Positions 44,683-54,372 of a stretch of DNA of 64,000 bases are shown here, in pieces (within the stretch, counting starts at the first letter, position 1; each line of letters starts with the position of its first letter). Source of the stretch: Deltaproteobacteria bacterium (GTDB lineage Bacteria > Myxococcota > JADLHZ01); NCBI GenBank assembly GCA_020848545.1, contig JADLHZ010000148.1, forward strand, positions 492 through 64,491. Direction: 5' to 3'. The position numbers and the translations under genes were made by a program. The notes under the pieces are model-generated. The model searched no databases. It was not told the DNA's origin and worked only from the letters and a program-made list of their open reading frames with translations.

Positions 44683-45866
44683 GCGAGCACCGCTTCTTCC
44701 GGCGCGAGCTCCGCCGGCCGTTCGCCGCCGGCGCTGCGCCCGAGCAAGAGGACGCGCACCGCGACGCCTTGGTCCTTCAGCTTCTGCACGAGCGCGGCGC
44801 GGCGCGGCTCCCACGCCATGAAGACGAGCACGATCGCCGAGAGCCGCGGTGCTTCCGGCAAGAGCTCCGCTTCGAGCAGCGCGGTGTCCAAACGATCGCC
44901 GCCTTCGATGCCGGCCAAGAGCTCCAAGATGTTCTCGACGTGGGCGATCGCGCGGCCGGCCTGAAAACGATAGATCGTGCGGCTCGCGGCGAAGATGTCG
45001 ATGATGTAGTCCTTCTTCGCCAGCGCGTCGGCGATGCCGGCGGCGATGCCGAGCCCGCGCTCGAACGCCGCTTCGTGCTTGAAGCTCGCCACCTCCACGT
45101 CGAGCACGAGCGCGAGGCGCACGAAGTACTCTTCTTGGTACTCCTTGACGATCAGCCGCTGCGCGCGCGCAGACGACGGCCAATGAATGTCGCGCACGCG
45201 ATCGCCGTCTCTGTACTCACGCGTGCCGACGAACTCGGTCGAGTCGCCGACTTGAGAAGCGACGGAGAAGCCGCCGGGCTGATAGTTGCGCGCGTGCGGC
45301 ACCTCGAAGCCTTCGAGGCGCGCGATCTTCGGATACACGAGCACGCGATCGACCTTCGGTGAGCGCCGGCCCCACTTGACGAGCGCGCTCGGAAACGCGC
45401 TCGCCGCCTGCAGCGCTTGCAGATCGTAGCAGCCGCGCCGCGCGCACAGGAGGCGCAGCGTCACCTCTCGGCGCTCGCCCGGGTGAAGCACGTCGATCGG
45501 CGGGGGCGCACCCAACGGCCGCAGCTCGAAGGGCAGCTCGCGCTCGCAGACGTCGAGCTGGCGCACCGCGCGCTTGCCGCGGTTCTCGACAATCACGCGG
45601 TACTCGAGCGTGTCGCCGGCGGAGAGCGGCGGCGGCAGCAGGCGCGTCAACGTCACGCGTGGACGAAACGGCGCGCCGAGCAGCGCGGCGGCGGCGAAGA
45701 GCGCCGTGAGAAACGCGACGATGACGACGAGCGGAAAGAAGATGCCTCCGAGCAGCAGCGTCACCGCGGCGACGAGCGCCCAGAGCAACATGCGGCCGCT
45801 CGGCGTCAGCCAGCCGCGATAGTAGTCATCGAGGCGGCGCACGAAGGCGTGCTCCATTGGCGACAT
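44679..45866 (-). CDS. DUF58 domain protein
   Basis: Two N-terminal TM helices. 'YRDGDRVRDIHWPSSARAQRLIVKEYQEE' is the DUF58 hallmark. Confidence 0.8.
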   Translation of the reverse strand: MSPMEHAFVRRLDDYYRGWLTPSGRMLLWALVAAVTLLLGGIFFPLVVIVAFLTALFAAAALLGAPFRPRVTLTRLLPPPLSAGDTLEYRVIVENRGKRAVRQLDVCERELPFELRPLGAPPPIDVLHPGERREVTLRLLCARRGCYDLQALQAASAFPSALVKWGRRSPKVDRVLVYPKIARLEGFEVPHARNYQPGGFSVASQVGDSTEFVGTREYRDGDRVRDIHWPSSARAQRLIVKEYQEEYFVRLALVLDVEVASFKHEAAFERGLGIAAGIADALAKKDYIIDIFAASRTIYRFQAGRAIAHVENILELLAGIEGGDRLDTALLEAELLPEAPRLSAIVLVFMAWEPRRAALVQKLKDQGVAVRVLLLGRSAGGERPAELAPEEAVLA

Positions 45867-45898
45867 GAAAAACCGCCAGCGGACTGCACGACGCTGGC

Positions 45899-46900
45899 TC
45901 ACCGCGGAACCGGCACGCTCGCGAGCAGCTCGTGGGTCAGCGCGCGCTTGTCTTGGCCGGCATACCGCGCGCGCGCGTCGAGCACCAAGCGATGCGCGAG
46001 CACGACCGGCGCGAGCGTCTTCACGTCTTCCGGCAGCACGAAGTCGCGCGCGTGCATCAGGGCGCGCGCCCGAGCCATGCGCGACAGGATCAAGGCGCCG
46101 CGGGTCGACGCCCCGAGCCGCACGCTCGCGTGGCCGCGCGTGGCATGCACGACGGCGAGCAAGTACTGCGACACCGAGTCCTCGATCGTCACGGTCTCCG
46201 CGGCGCGCTGCAACGCGATGACGTCGGCCGCGCTGCACACGGCCTTCACGTCGGCGACCGGGGGCCGCCCGCGCTGCGCCGCCAAGATCTCGAGCTCGTC
46301 CGCCGGCGACGGATAGCCGAGCGAGAGCTGCGCGGCGAAGCGATCGAGCTGTGCCTCTGGGAGCGGATACGTGCCGTGAAAGTCGACCGGGTTCTGCGTC
46401 GCGATGCACAGGAACGGCTGCTCGAGCACGTGCGTCTCGCCGTCGACCGTCACTTGCCCTTCCGACAGCGCTTCGAGCAGCGCCGATTGCGTGCGTGGCG
46501 ACGCGCGGTTGATCTCGTCGGCGATGAGCACGTTGGCGAAGATCGGCCCGCGCTTGAAGCGGAAGGTGCCGTCGCTCTGTTGGTAGATCGACGCCCCGAC
46601 GATGTCCGTCGGCAAGAGGTCCGGCGTGAACTGTACGCGCTTGAACAGCCCGCCGATGCTCAGCGCGAGGGCCTTCGCGAGCGTGGTCTTGCCGGTGCCA
46701 GGCACGTCCTCGAGCAGCACGTGGCCCGACGCGGCGACCGCGCAGAGCAAGAGATCGATCGCGTCACGCTTGCCGCGGATGACGGCATTCAAGCTGTCGC
46801 CGAGCCGCTTCAGCAGATCGGCAGACGACGTTGCGCGCGCGGCGGTGATGTCGGTCGCGACCACTGCGCCGGAGCGTAGCCGCTTTTCGCGGCCGCTCAA
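45899..46900 (-). CDS. MoxR-family AAA+ ATPase
   Basis: 'LLEDVPGTGKTTLAKALA' (Walker A), 'VLIADEINRASPRTQSALLEAL' (Walker B region) and 'GASTRGA'. Confidence 0.9.
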   Translation of the reverse strand: MSGREKRLRSGAVVATDITAARATSSADLLKRLGDSLNAVIRGKRDAIDLLLCAVAASGHVLLEDVPGTGKTTLAKALALSIGGLFKRVQFTPDLLPTDIVGASIYQQSDGTFRFKRGPIFANVLIADEINRASPRTQSALLEALSEGQVTVDGETHVLEQPFLCIATQNPVDFHGTYPLPEAQLDRFAAQLSLGYPSPADELEILAAQRGRPPVADVKAVCSAADVIALQRAAETVTIEDSVSQYLLAVVHATRGHASVRLGASTRGALILSRMARARALMHARDFVLPEDVKTLAPVVLAHRLVLDARARYAGQDKRALTHELLASVPVPR

Positions 46901-46912
46901 AAGATGAAACGC

Positions 46913-49717
46913 CTACTTCGCCGCTTGCCCCACGCGCACCACCGACAAGTACTGGAGGAGCTGCATCGCTGGCTCGCTCGGCAGGCGGATGCCGCGCTTC
47001 TTCACGTAGTCGTCGAGGCCCATCTTTTCGAACGCCCCTTCGCCGCGGGCGAGGGCGTCCATCACGCGCACGAGGACGGCGTCGTTCACCCAGCCTTCGC
47101 CGGTGTCGATGTCGGCGACGAAGATGTTCGCGCCGTAGGCGTCGAGGAACTCGGCCTCGGTCATGCTGCGAAACGATCCGCAAGAGCCGCCGAGCAGTAG
47201 CTTCACCATCGCAGCGGCCATGCCGGCGCGTCCCGGGAAGGTCTCCTTGAAGTGAAAGCTGTGGCCGCGGTGCCCGACGATGTCGATCACCTTGCTGTCC
47301 ATCGGCGCTTGCCGATCGAGCTTCGTGTCCTTCGAGATCACGACCCGCTGCGTGATCCCGTTCGCCAAGGTGCGCTGATAGATCTGCGTGAGCTTCGAGC
47401 TGAGCCCCGCTTCGTAGCGCGGACGGTAGCCCGTCTTCAGCAACGCTGCGCCGGTGGCCTCCAACGCCGTCTCATCCGGATAGAAGAAGAGCTGCGCCGA
47501 GATCATGCGGTCCGCGAGCCACGTCTTCAGCGGCGCTTCGACCGAGGCTGGCGCCGGAAACTTCGCGATCGCGGCGGCGGCCTTCGTGCTGAGCGGCGCG
47601 CCGATCGCTAGGGCGCGCTTCAGCACGAACACCATCGCCGCGACCTCGTCACCCTTGCCTTTCTCGATCTTGTCGAGCAGCGCCGCTTCGATGATCGCGC
47701 GCCCCATCGCCGAGCCGTTCTTCATCAGGTGAATGAGCGAGCCCGTGATCGGCGCTTGCGTCTCGGCCCCGGCGGCCACGTAGAGCGCGGTGAGCGCTGG
47801 CGCCATCTGGGCTTCGAGCGCGAGGATGAGCGCGTCGCTTTGAAACGAGCACAGCGTCATCGCCAACGCTTGCAGATGCTCGCCTTTCGGATCGAGCTTC
47901 GTCAGGAGCGCCGGATCAGCCGTCACCGCGTCCGTCAGCCGCGCTTCGAGCAGCTTGAAGGTGGAAGTGAACGAGTCGCGGCGCGCGCCCGCGCTCAAGC
48001 GATAGATGTCGCCGATCCCGAGGCCGGCGACGATCTGCGCCCGCGCGGCGTCCGTGTGCGAGCGGTCGCCCTCGCCTTCGTGCAAAGCGTCGATGCCGAT
48101 CGCGAGCTTTTGATAGTCGCGCTTGTCGGCGGGAACCTTCGCCCACGCGTCGAGCACCGCTTGGGCGACGTTCTTGTGCGTCAGCGGCGTCGGATCGACG
48201 CCGAGCATCTCGAGCAGGGCATAGACATCGACGGTTTGCTTCGGCGCCAGACCGAGGATCGCCCGCATCTGCGGGACGACGGTCGCCGGCGGCGTCTTGC
48301 TCGCGACGATCTGCTCGATGACGCCGGTCGCCGTGTACGCGGTCTCTCTGGTGACGCTGCCCGCGAGGGCGCGTGCGTAGGCGGCGCCGTCGGCGAACGG
48401 CACCTCGCGATACTTGAAGCCGTCGAAGAGCTCGAACCCGAGCGGCGAGAGCGGCGTCTTGATCACGCCTTGCACGGTGGCCAGGACCTCTGCCGGCGAC
48501 GAGCGATAGAGCCCGCGCAGGCCGAGCTCCTGCAGCGGCTCGTGCTTGGCGGTGAGCTTGTAGAACGCGTCGTGCCACGCGACCGCCGCGGCAACGTCGC
48601 CGTGCTTTTGCGTGGTGAACGCCTCGACGACGCGCGCGTACGAGTGCAGCGCCTCGCGATGGGTCTGTGTAAGAACGAAGTCGAAGTAGGAGAGCGCAGC
48701 GTCGCCGAGCCAATCCTCGTCGAGACGGCGCACGACGTGCTCGACTTGTAGCGGCGTCGCCTTCGCGATGAACGCGAGCAAGCCGTCGAGCAGCACGCGC
48801 CGCCGCGCAGGGTCGGTCGGCGCCGAACGATCGAGCCACGCGAGAGCGTTCTCGGTGGCGCCGAACGCGCTGAGGCCGTCCCTCGCCGTGGCCTGGAGCA
48901 GCGCGGTGACCTCGGCGCGCAAGCTCGGACGCTTCGCGACCTTCTCGGCGATGCGTCCGGCGGCTTGGCCGTCGATCGTGTAGCGCAAGCTCCCGTCGTC
49001 CGAAGTGCTGAACCACTGCGCGATGCCGGCGCGCGGATCGAGCCCGAGGCCGCGCAGGCTGGCGAAGAGCTTCGTCGTCTCCTCTGGCGCCGCGTCGACC
49101 GCGTCCTTGCCGGCGAGGAAGCGCGCGATCTCGAGCTCCGGGAGCTTCTCCGCGCGTAGCACCTTCAAGAGATCCGGCGCGCCGTCGTCGGCGCCGTCGA
49201 CGAGCACGATGAGCCGCTTGCCGATCGCGTCGCGGCGCGCCACGTCAGCGCTCGAGCCGTTCTTCGCCAGACGATCCGCCGCGCGATACGCCTCGCTCAA
49301 CGCGCGCGCGGTCACGGAGTACATGACGCCGGAGTCGGCTTCCGCGAGCGCTTCCGTGCAAAGCTGGTTGAGCGCTGCGCGAAGGACGGGCTCGGGCGCG
49401 ATCACCTTCGGCCCAAACGCGAGGATCGCCCGGCCGAGCAAGCGTTGCGCAAACGGCTCGTCGATCGTCTGCTTCGTCCGGACGATGCCCCAGTGGCTGT
49501 CCGGCGTCAGGTCGGCGATCGAGTCGCTGAGCTCCTCGTCGCTGATTTTTCCGTCCGCCAGCGCCGCCGTTCCGAGCAGAGGCTCGAGGTATGGCGCAGT
49601 GCCGGCGGATACACGAATCGCGGTCTTGGTCGACACCACGGCAACTCCGGTGTGCGTTATCGCTCGGTGTAAAGAAAAGTTGTCGGTTTGGCGGACAGTT
49701 GGCGACATCTTTGGCAC
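46913..49717 (-). CDS. Large hypothetical protein (~908-934 aa) with a possible C-terminal clan-CD-like His/Cys domain
   Basis: An uninterrupted frame 12 nt upstream of moxR. The likely true start is GTG 49639, preceded by GGAG, because ATG 49717 lies only 11 nt from the divergent kinase start. C-terminal motifs 'VIDIVGHRGHSFHF' and 'VKLLLGGSCGSF'. Confidence 0.7.
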   Translation of the reverse strand: MPKMSPTVRQTDNFSLHRAITHTGVAVVSTKTAIRVSAGTAPYLEPLLGTAALADGKISDEELSDSIADLTPDSHWGIVRTKQTIDEPFAQRLLGRAILAFGPKVIAPEPVLRAALNQLCTEALAEADSGVMYSVTARALSEAYRAADRLAKNGSSADVARRDAIGKRLIVLVDGADDGAPDLLKVLRAEKLPELEIARFLAGKDAVDAAPEETTKLFASLRGLGLDPRAGIAQWFSTSDDGSLRYTIDGQAAGRIAEKVAKRPSLRAEVTALLQATARDGLSAFGATENALAWLDRSAPTDPARRRVLLDGLLAFIAKATPLQVEHVVRRLDEDWLGDAALSYFDFVLTQTHREALHSYARVVEAFTTQKHGDVAAAVAWHDAFYKLTAKHEPLQELGLRGLYRSSPAEVLATVQGVIKTPLSPLGFELFDGFKYREVPFADGAAYARALAGSVTRETAYTATGVIEQIVASKTPPATVVPQMRAILGLAPKQTVDVYALLEMLGVDPTPLTHKNVAQAVLDAWAKVPADKRDYQKLAIGIDALHEGEGDRSHTDAARAQIVAGLGIGDIYRLSAGARRDSFTSTFKLLEARLTDAVTADPALLTKLDPKGEHLQALAMTLCSFQSDALILALEAQMAPALTALYVAAGAETQAPITGSLIHLMKNGSAMGRAIIEAALLDKIEKGKGDEVAAMVFVLKRALAIGAPLSTKAAAAIAKFPAPASVEAPLKTWLADRMISAQLFFYPDETALEATGAALLKTGYRPRYEAGLSSKLTQIYQRTLANGITQRVVISKDTKLDRQAPMDSKVIDIVGHRGHSFHFKETFPGRAGMAAAMVKLLLGGSCGSFRSMTEAEFLDAYGANIFVADIDTGEGWVNDAVLVRVMDALARGEGAFEKMGLDDYVKKRGIRLPSEPAMQLLQYLSVVRVGQAAK

Positions 49718-49728
49718 ATTGGTGGACG

Positions 49729-50760
49729 ATGCCCACCCGCAGAGTCGGTAACACGACGATCGTGCGCGAGCTCGGACGCGGCGCGATGGGCGTCGTGTAC
49801 GAAGGCGTGCAGGACGATCTCGAGCGCACCGTCGCCGTCAAAGAGCTGCCGCCGGCGGCGACGCGCAACAAAGAGCTCGCCGAGCGCTTCCGCCGGGAAG
49901 GCGTCGCGTACGCGAAGCTGCGGCATCAGAACATCCTCGCCGTCCACGACTTCGTCGAGAAGAACGACTCCTTGTACCTCGTCATGGAGTACGTCGACGG
50001 CAAGGACCTCGCGCACGTCGGCAAGAAGGGGGCGCTCCCGGCCGGGCTCGTCGCGGCGATCGGCGCTCGCGTCGCCGACGCGCTCGCGCACGCGCATCAT
50101 CACAAGGTGCTGCACCGTGACGTCAAACCCGCCAACGCGATCATCTCGCGCGCCGGCGAAGTGAAGCTGATGGACTTCGGCGTCGCCAAGGATCTGCAGG
50201 CGAGCGACCTCACGCGCGAAGGCATGGTCGTCGGCAGCTTGCCGTACATGGCGCCCGAGGTGCTCGCCTCGGCCGACTACGATCCGCGCGCCGACATCTG
50301 GGCGCTCGGCGTGATGCTCTACGAGCTTGCGACGGGCGTGCGTCCGTTTCGCGGCAAAGACGACTCGTCGTTGATGCGCGCGATCATGCGCGGCAAGCAC
50401 GAGCACGTCCGCACCTTCGCGCGCGACATGCCACGCCGCCTCGGCCGCGCGATCGAGCGCTGCCTGGCCCGCCGGCGCGAGAAGCGGTGGCCGGCGGCGC
50501 TGCTGCTCGCGCGGGAGCTCGAAGCGTGTGCGGCGGCGCTGCTCGGCGACAAGGATCCCGAGGACTTGCTCGCCGAGATGATGGTGGCGCGCGGGCTCAC
50601 GGAAGCCGAGAGCAACCCCAGCACGAAGCTCGATCCCGACGTGATGCACGAGACGGGCGTCGCGCCGCCGCCTCCTCGAGGCGGTGACACCCGCGTCGTC
50701 GCCGTCGCGCTCTTGATGCTGCTCGTGTTGCTCGCGGGCGGCTATTTCATCTTGTCGTAA
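49729..50760 (+). CDS. Ser/Thr protein kinase with a C-terminal TM anchor
   Basis: 'LGRGAMGVVYEG', 'AVKEL', 'HRDVKPANAI', 'DFGVAK' and 'MAPE'. Tail 'VVAVALLMLLVLLAGGYFIL'. Confidence 0.85.
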   Translation: MPTRRVGNTTIVRELGRGAMGVVYEGVQDDLERTVAVKELPPAATRNKELAERFRREGVAYAKLRHQNILAVHDFVEKNDSLYLVMEYVDGKDLAHVGKKGALPAGLVAAIGARVADALAHAHHHKVLHRDVKPANAIISRAGEVKLMDFGVAKDLQASDLTREGMVVGSLPYMAPEVLASADYDPRADIWALGVMLYELATGVRPFRGKDDSSLMRAIMRGKHEHVRTFARDMPRRLGRAIERCLARRREKRWPAALLLARELEACAAALLGDKDPEDLLAEMMVARGLTEAESNPSTKLDPDVMHETGVAPPPPRGGDTRVVAVALLMLLVLLAGGYFILS

Positions 50761-50771
50761 AGGAGATCGCC

Positions 50772-51614
50772 ATGAGCGAGCCCGATCGTACCCGTGAAGT
50801 GAAGAGCCGTGGTTCAAATAACGGTTCCGACACCGGCAGCGACGAAGTCTTCGAGGTCGGCGACTCGGCGATCATCGACAGCTCGACGCGCCGGCCGGTG
50901 GCGCAGCCGCCGAGCAAGCTGCCGTGGTTGCTCGCCGTGCTGCTCGCTGCCGGCGCCGCCGCGGGCTTTTGGTTCTTCGTCGTGCCGCTGCAAGACGCGC
51001 TCACCCTCGCGACGCAGCGCGCGGAGGCGGCGGAGAAGAGCTTGGAGGCCGCGAAGACGAAGCTCGCCGTCGTCGAAGGTGAGCTCAACGAGCTGCGCGA
51101 ACGCTCGAGCTCGATGGAGAAGACGCTCGACGAGCAAGCCGCGCAGCTCAAAGAGCTCACCGGCACCAAAGACGAGCTCGAGTCGAAGCTGAAGGACGAG
51201 ATCGCGCGCGGCGACGTGCTCGTGAAGCAGGTGAAGGGCCAGCTCGTCGTCGATCTCGCCGATCAGATCTTGTTCCCGTCGGGCGCCGCCGATCTCAATG
51301 ACAAAGGCAAAGAGGTCCTGCGCCGCGTCGGCGAGACGATGTTCAAGGCGAGCGGCAAGGTGATCCAAGTCGGCGGCCACACGGACAACCAGCCGATCTC
51401 GGACAAGCTGAAGGCGCAGTTCCCGTCGAACTGGGAGCTCGCGACCTCGCGCGCGATGAACGTCGTGCACTTCTTGGAAGACGAAGTGAAAGTGCCGGGC
51501 GAGCGCTTGGTCGTCACCGGCTTCGGTCAGTTCCGGCCGAGCGCGAAGAACACGACGAAGGAAGGACGCAAGAAGAATCGAAGGATCGAGGTCGTGCTCT
51601 TGGAAAAGAAATAG
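50772..51614 (+). CDS. OmpA/MotB-domain protein with a TM helix and coiled coil
   Basis: 'IQVGGHTDNQPI...NWELATSRAMNVVHFL...GFGQFRP...NRRIEVVL' is the OmpA_C-like peptidoglycan-binding motif. Confidence 0.85.
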   Translation: MSEPDRTREVKSRGSNNGSDTGSDEVFEVGDSAIIDSSTRRPVAQPPSKLPWLLAVLLAAGAAAGFWFFVVPLQDALTLATQRAEAAEKSLEAAKTKLAVVEGELNELRERSSSMEKTLDEQAAQLKELTGTKDELESKLKDEIARGDVLVKQVKGQLVVDLADQILFPSGAADLNDKGKEVLRRVGETMFKASGKVIQVGGHTDNQPISDKLKAQFPSNWELATSRAMNVVHFLEDEVKVPGERLVVTGFGQFRPSAKNTTKEGRKKNRRIEVVLLEKK

Positions 51615-52724
51615 TCAACCGACCGGCACGCGGACCCGCACGATCGCGCCGCCGCTGGGATCGTTCTCCCACTCGAGCCGCCCGCCCTGCTCGCGGACCA
51701 ATGTTTGGCACACGGCGAGGCCGAGGCCGGTGCCCTTCGACGGACCTTTGGTCGTAAAGAACGGCTCGCTCGCGTGCTGGAGCGCGTCGGCGGAGAAGCC
51801 CGGGCCCTTGTCGCGCACCGCGATCGTGACGACCCGATCGTCCGCCGTTGCCGTCACGGTCAACGTGCCGCTGCCGGCCATCGCATCGGCGCCGTTCAAG
51901 AAGATGTTCAACAGGATCTGCTGCAGGCGCGCGGCGTCGGCGAGCACGAACAGCGCCGGCGCGACGTCGATCGACACGGTGACGTTCTGGCCGCGGGGCT
52001 GATGCGAGAGCAGCGCCGCGGTCGCTTTGACGATCGGCAGGAGCTCCACCCGTTCAGCGCGCAGCGGCGCCGGCCGAGCGTAGTCGAGCAGCTCGCGGAT
52101 GAGGCCGTTGATCCGCTGCAGCTCGCGATCGGCGCGCGCTGCGATGTCTTTGCGCTTCTGCGGATCGTTCTCGTCACCGACGAGCGCCACGTAGCCGATG
52201 ACGGCGCCGAGCGGGTTGCCGATCTCGTGCGCGAGCCCCGCCGACAAGCGGCCGACGATCGCGAGCTGCTCAGCGCGGGTGAGCTGCGCCTCGGTCGCCT
52301 TCAGCTTGTCGCCCTGCGCAAGGAGCGCCTCGCCGTGCTCCTTCGTTCGCTGCGTCATGCGTTGGATGCCCTGCGCGATCCGCTGCAGATCGCTGTCGCC
52401 GGAGAGGCGCATGACGAACTCGTCGATGCTGAAGCGCTCGACGTCGTCTTCGAGCCGGCGCAGCGGCCGCACGATCGTGCGTTCGATGAGCCACACCCAG
52501 ACGAAGAGGATGAGCGTGGCGTTCAGCGCGGCGTACATCCATTGCACGCTCTGCCAACGTTCGAGGAGCGCCGTGACGAAGAGGGCGTCGGGTCTGCCGC
52601 CGAGCGACTCGACGATGGTCGTCACCGTACGGCGGGTCATGGCGACCATGACGAGCGTCTGCAGGCCGAGCGCCATGAGCAGCGCGGCCGCGAACTGCAG
52701 CACGAGGCGCGTCCTCAGTGACAT
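51615..52724 (-). CDS. Sensor histidine kinase (TM-HAMP-HisKA-HATPase)
   Basis: H-box 'LSAGLAHEIGNPLGAV'. 'NIFLNGADAM' and 'GTGLGLAV'. Confidence 0.85.
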   Translation of the reverse strand: MSLRTRLVLQFAAALLMALGLQTLVMVAMTRRTVTTIVESLGGRPDALFVTALLERWQSVQWMYAALNATLILFVWVWLIERTIVRPLRRLEDDVERFSIDEFVMRLSGDSDLQRIAQGIQRMTQRTKEHGEALLAQGDKLKATEAQLTRAEQLAIVGRLSAGLAHEIGNPLGAVIGYVALVGDENDPQKRKDIAARADRELQRINGLIRELLDYARPAPLRAERVELLPIVKATAALLSHQPRGQNVTVSIDVAPALFVLADAARLQQILLNIFLNGADAMAGSGTLTVTATADDRVVTIAVRDKGPGFSADALQHASEPFFTTKGPSKGTGLGLAVCQTLVREQGGRLEWENDPSGGAIVRVRVPVG

Positions 52725-53564
52725 TCAATCGCCTCCGAAGCGCGCGTGCCCGAGCAGCGCGTGCAGCGTGTCGGAGAAGAAGAGGTATTCGAGCGCCGCG
52801 AGCGAGAGGAAAGGACCGAAGGGGATGGCGCCGGCCGGCGGAACGAAGCCGTCTGCCTGCGGCGGCGGCGGTGGCTTGTTCCTGTTCACGGTGAGCCAAA
52901 TGATGCCGAGCACCACGCCCTGGATCGACGAGAGCATCACGACGAAGACGAGCGAGCGCGTGCCGAGGAACGCGCCGATCATGGCGAGTAGCTTCACGTC
53001 GCCAAAGCCCATCCCGTCTTTCTTCAACGCCCACTTCGCGCCGACGGCGACGATGGCGAGCACGCCGCCGCCGATCGCCGCGCCGAGGAGGTGATCGACG
53101 ACCGGCTGCTCCGGCAACGCCACGGCGCCGATGATGCCGAGCGCGATGCCGGGGTAGGTGATGACGTCCGGGATGAGCCACGTGTCGAGATCGATGAAGG
53201 TGATGGCGATCAGCGCGCACGCGAAGACGAAGTAGAGGACGTAGGCGCCCGTCGGACCGAAGCGGTGCATCAGCGCCCACGACACGAACGCGGTGATGAG
53301 CTCGATCATCGGATAGCGCGGCGAGATCGCGGCCTTGCACTTTCGGCACTTGCCGCGCAGCCACAGCCACGCGAGCACCGGCACGTTGTCGTACCAGGCG
53401 ATGCGCGCGCCGCAGCTCGGGCACGACGACGGCGGCGAGACCACGGATTTCTCCCGCGGCACGCGGAAGATGACGACGTTCAGGAAGCTGCCCCAGACGC
53501 CGCCGAAGGACAGCGCGACGAAGGTCCAGAACCAGGGCGGCATTTCGGTGAGCATGCGCTCCAT
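52725..53564 (-). CDS. pilD: Prepilin (type IV leader) peptidase, A24 family
   Basis: 'SPPSSCPSCGARIAWYDNVPVLAWLWLRGKCRKCKAAISPRYPMIE' Zn-finger region and 'GFGDVKLLAMIGAFLG'. Confidence 0.85.
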   Translation of the reverse strand: MERMLTEMPPWFWTFVALSFGGVWGSFLNVVIFRVPREKSVVSPPSSCPSCGARIAWYDNVPVLAWLWLRGKCRKCKAAISPRYPMIELITAFVSWALMHRFGPTGAYVLYFVFACALIAITFIDLDTWLIPDVITYPGIALGIIGAVALPEQPVVDHLLGAAIGGGVLAIVAVGAKWALKKDGMGFGDVKLLAMIGAFLGTRSLVFVVMLSSIQGVVLGIIWLTVNRNKPPPPPQADGFVPPAGAIPFGPFLSLAALEYLFFSDTLHALLGHARFGGD

Positions 53565-53590
53565 TCAGATGAGACCTAACACCCGCGCGA

Positions 53591-54334
53591 TCAGCCTGCG
53601 AGTTTCCGCAACTTCGCCACCGTTTGCTCGGTGACGATCGGTCCGTGCCCTGCACACAACGTCCCGACCTGCTCGATTTCATCCAAGCGCCGCAAGAACG
53701 CCCGCGTCGTCGCATGCGCCTCGTCGACCGCGAGCGAGAACCCGGGCATCGCCAGCGACAGGCGCTCGATCGCCCGCAGCGGCGCGTAGCCCGCGATGAT
53801 GACGTCGCCGGAGAACAAGGACTCCGTCGGCAAGTGGCGTAGCATGATCGATCCCTCGGTGTGCCCAGGCGTGTGGATCACTTGGAAGACCTCGCGCCAG
53901 CGCCCCTCGCTCAGCTCTTCGTCGACTTTGACGCGCGCTGGATAGCGATCTTCGAAGGCCGACAGGAACCACTCGTGCGGCATCTGCTTGTGGTGGCCGC
54001 AGAGCTTCGGCGCCGGCACGCGGCCGTCCAAGATCTTCGCGTCGGCCTCGTGACATATGATCGGCGCGTCGTAAGTGTGGCGGAGCCACGCGGCGTTGCC
54101 GGCGTGATCGCTGTGGCGGTGGGTGAGGATGACGCCGCTCAAGTCGCCTTTCTTGCGCACCCCGCACGCGTGCAGCCAGCGCCGCAGCAACGGCCGCTCG
54201 ATCGGATAGCCGGTGTCGACGAGGAAGCGCTCGCCGCCGTGCTCGAGCATCCAAACATTGGAGATGCGCATCGTCGTCGCGAGCCGAATCATGCGTGTAG
54301 AAAGCCAAAAACTCGGGTTTTTGTCGACGACCAA
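53591..54334 (-). CDS. MBL-fold metallo-hydrolase
   Basis: 'VILTHRHSDHAGNAAW' (HxHxDH). The start is probably internal (ATG 54292 or 54268). Confidence 0.8.
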   Translation of the reverse strand: MVVDKNPSFWLSTRMIRLATTMRISNVWMLEHGGERFLVDTGYPIERPLLRRWLHACGVRKKGDLSGVILTHRHSDHAGNAAWLRHTYDAPIICHEADAKILDGRVPAPKLCGHHKQMPHEWFLSAFEDRYPARVKVDEELSEGRWREVFQVIHTPGHTEGSIMLRHLPTESLFSGDVIIAGYAPLRAIERLSLAMPGFSLAVDEAHATTRAFLRRLDEIEQVGTLCAGHGPIVTEQTVAKLRKLAG

Positions 54335-54372
54335 TGTGGCGGCTCGCGAAGGTGGATGTTATCGTGCGTCAG

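Noticed and set aside
14525-46409. Long Arg-rich N-terminal extensions on several track ORFs (14525..15745, 28795..29841, 42820..45183, 44679..46409, 8901..10451, 60684..61541, 25992..26819).
   Set aside because: In each case an internal ATG coincides with a signal peptide, lipobox or domain start, and with a 4-nt overlap to or short gap from the upstream gene. The extensions overlap the upstream gene in another frame.
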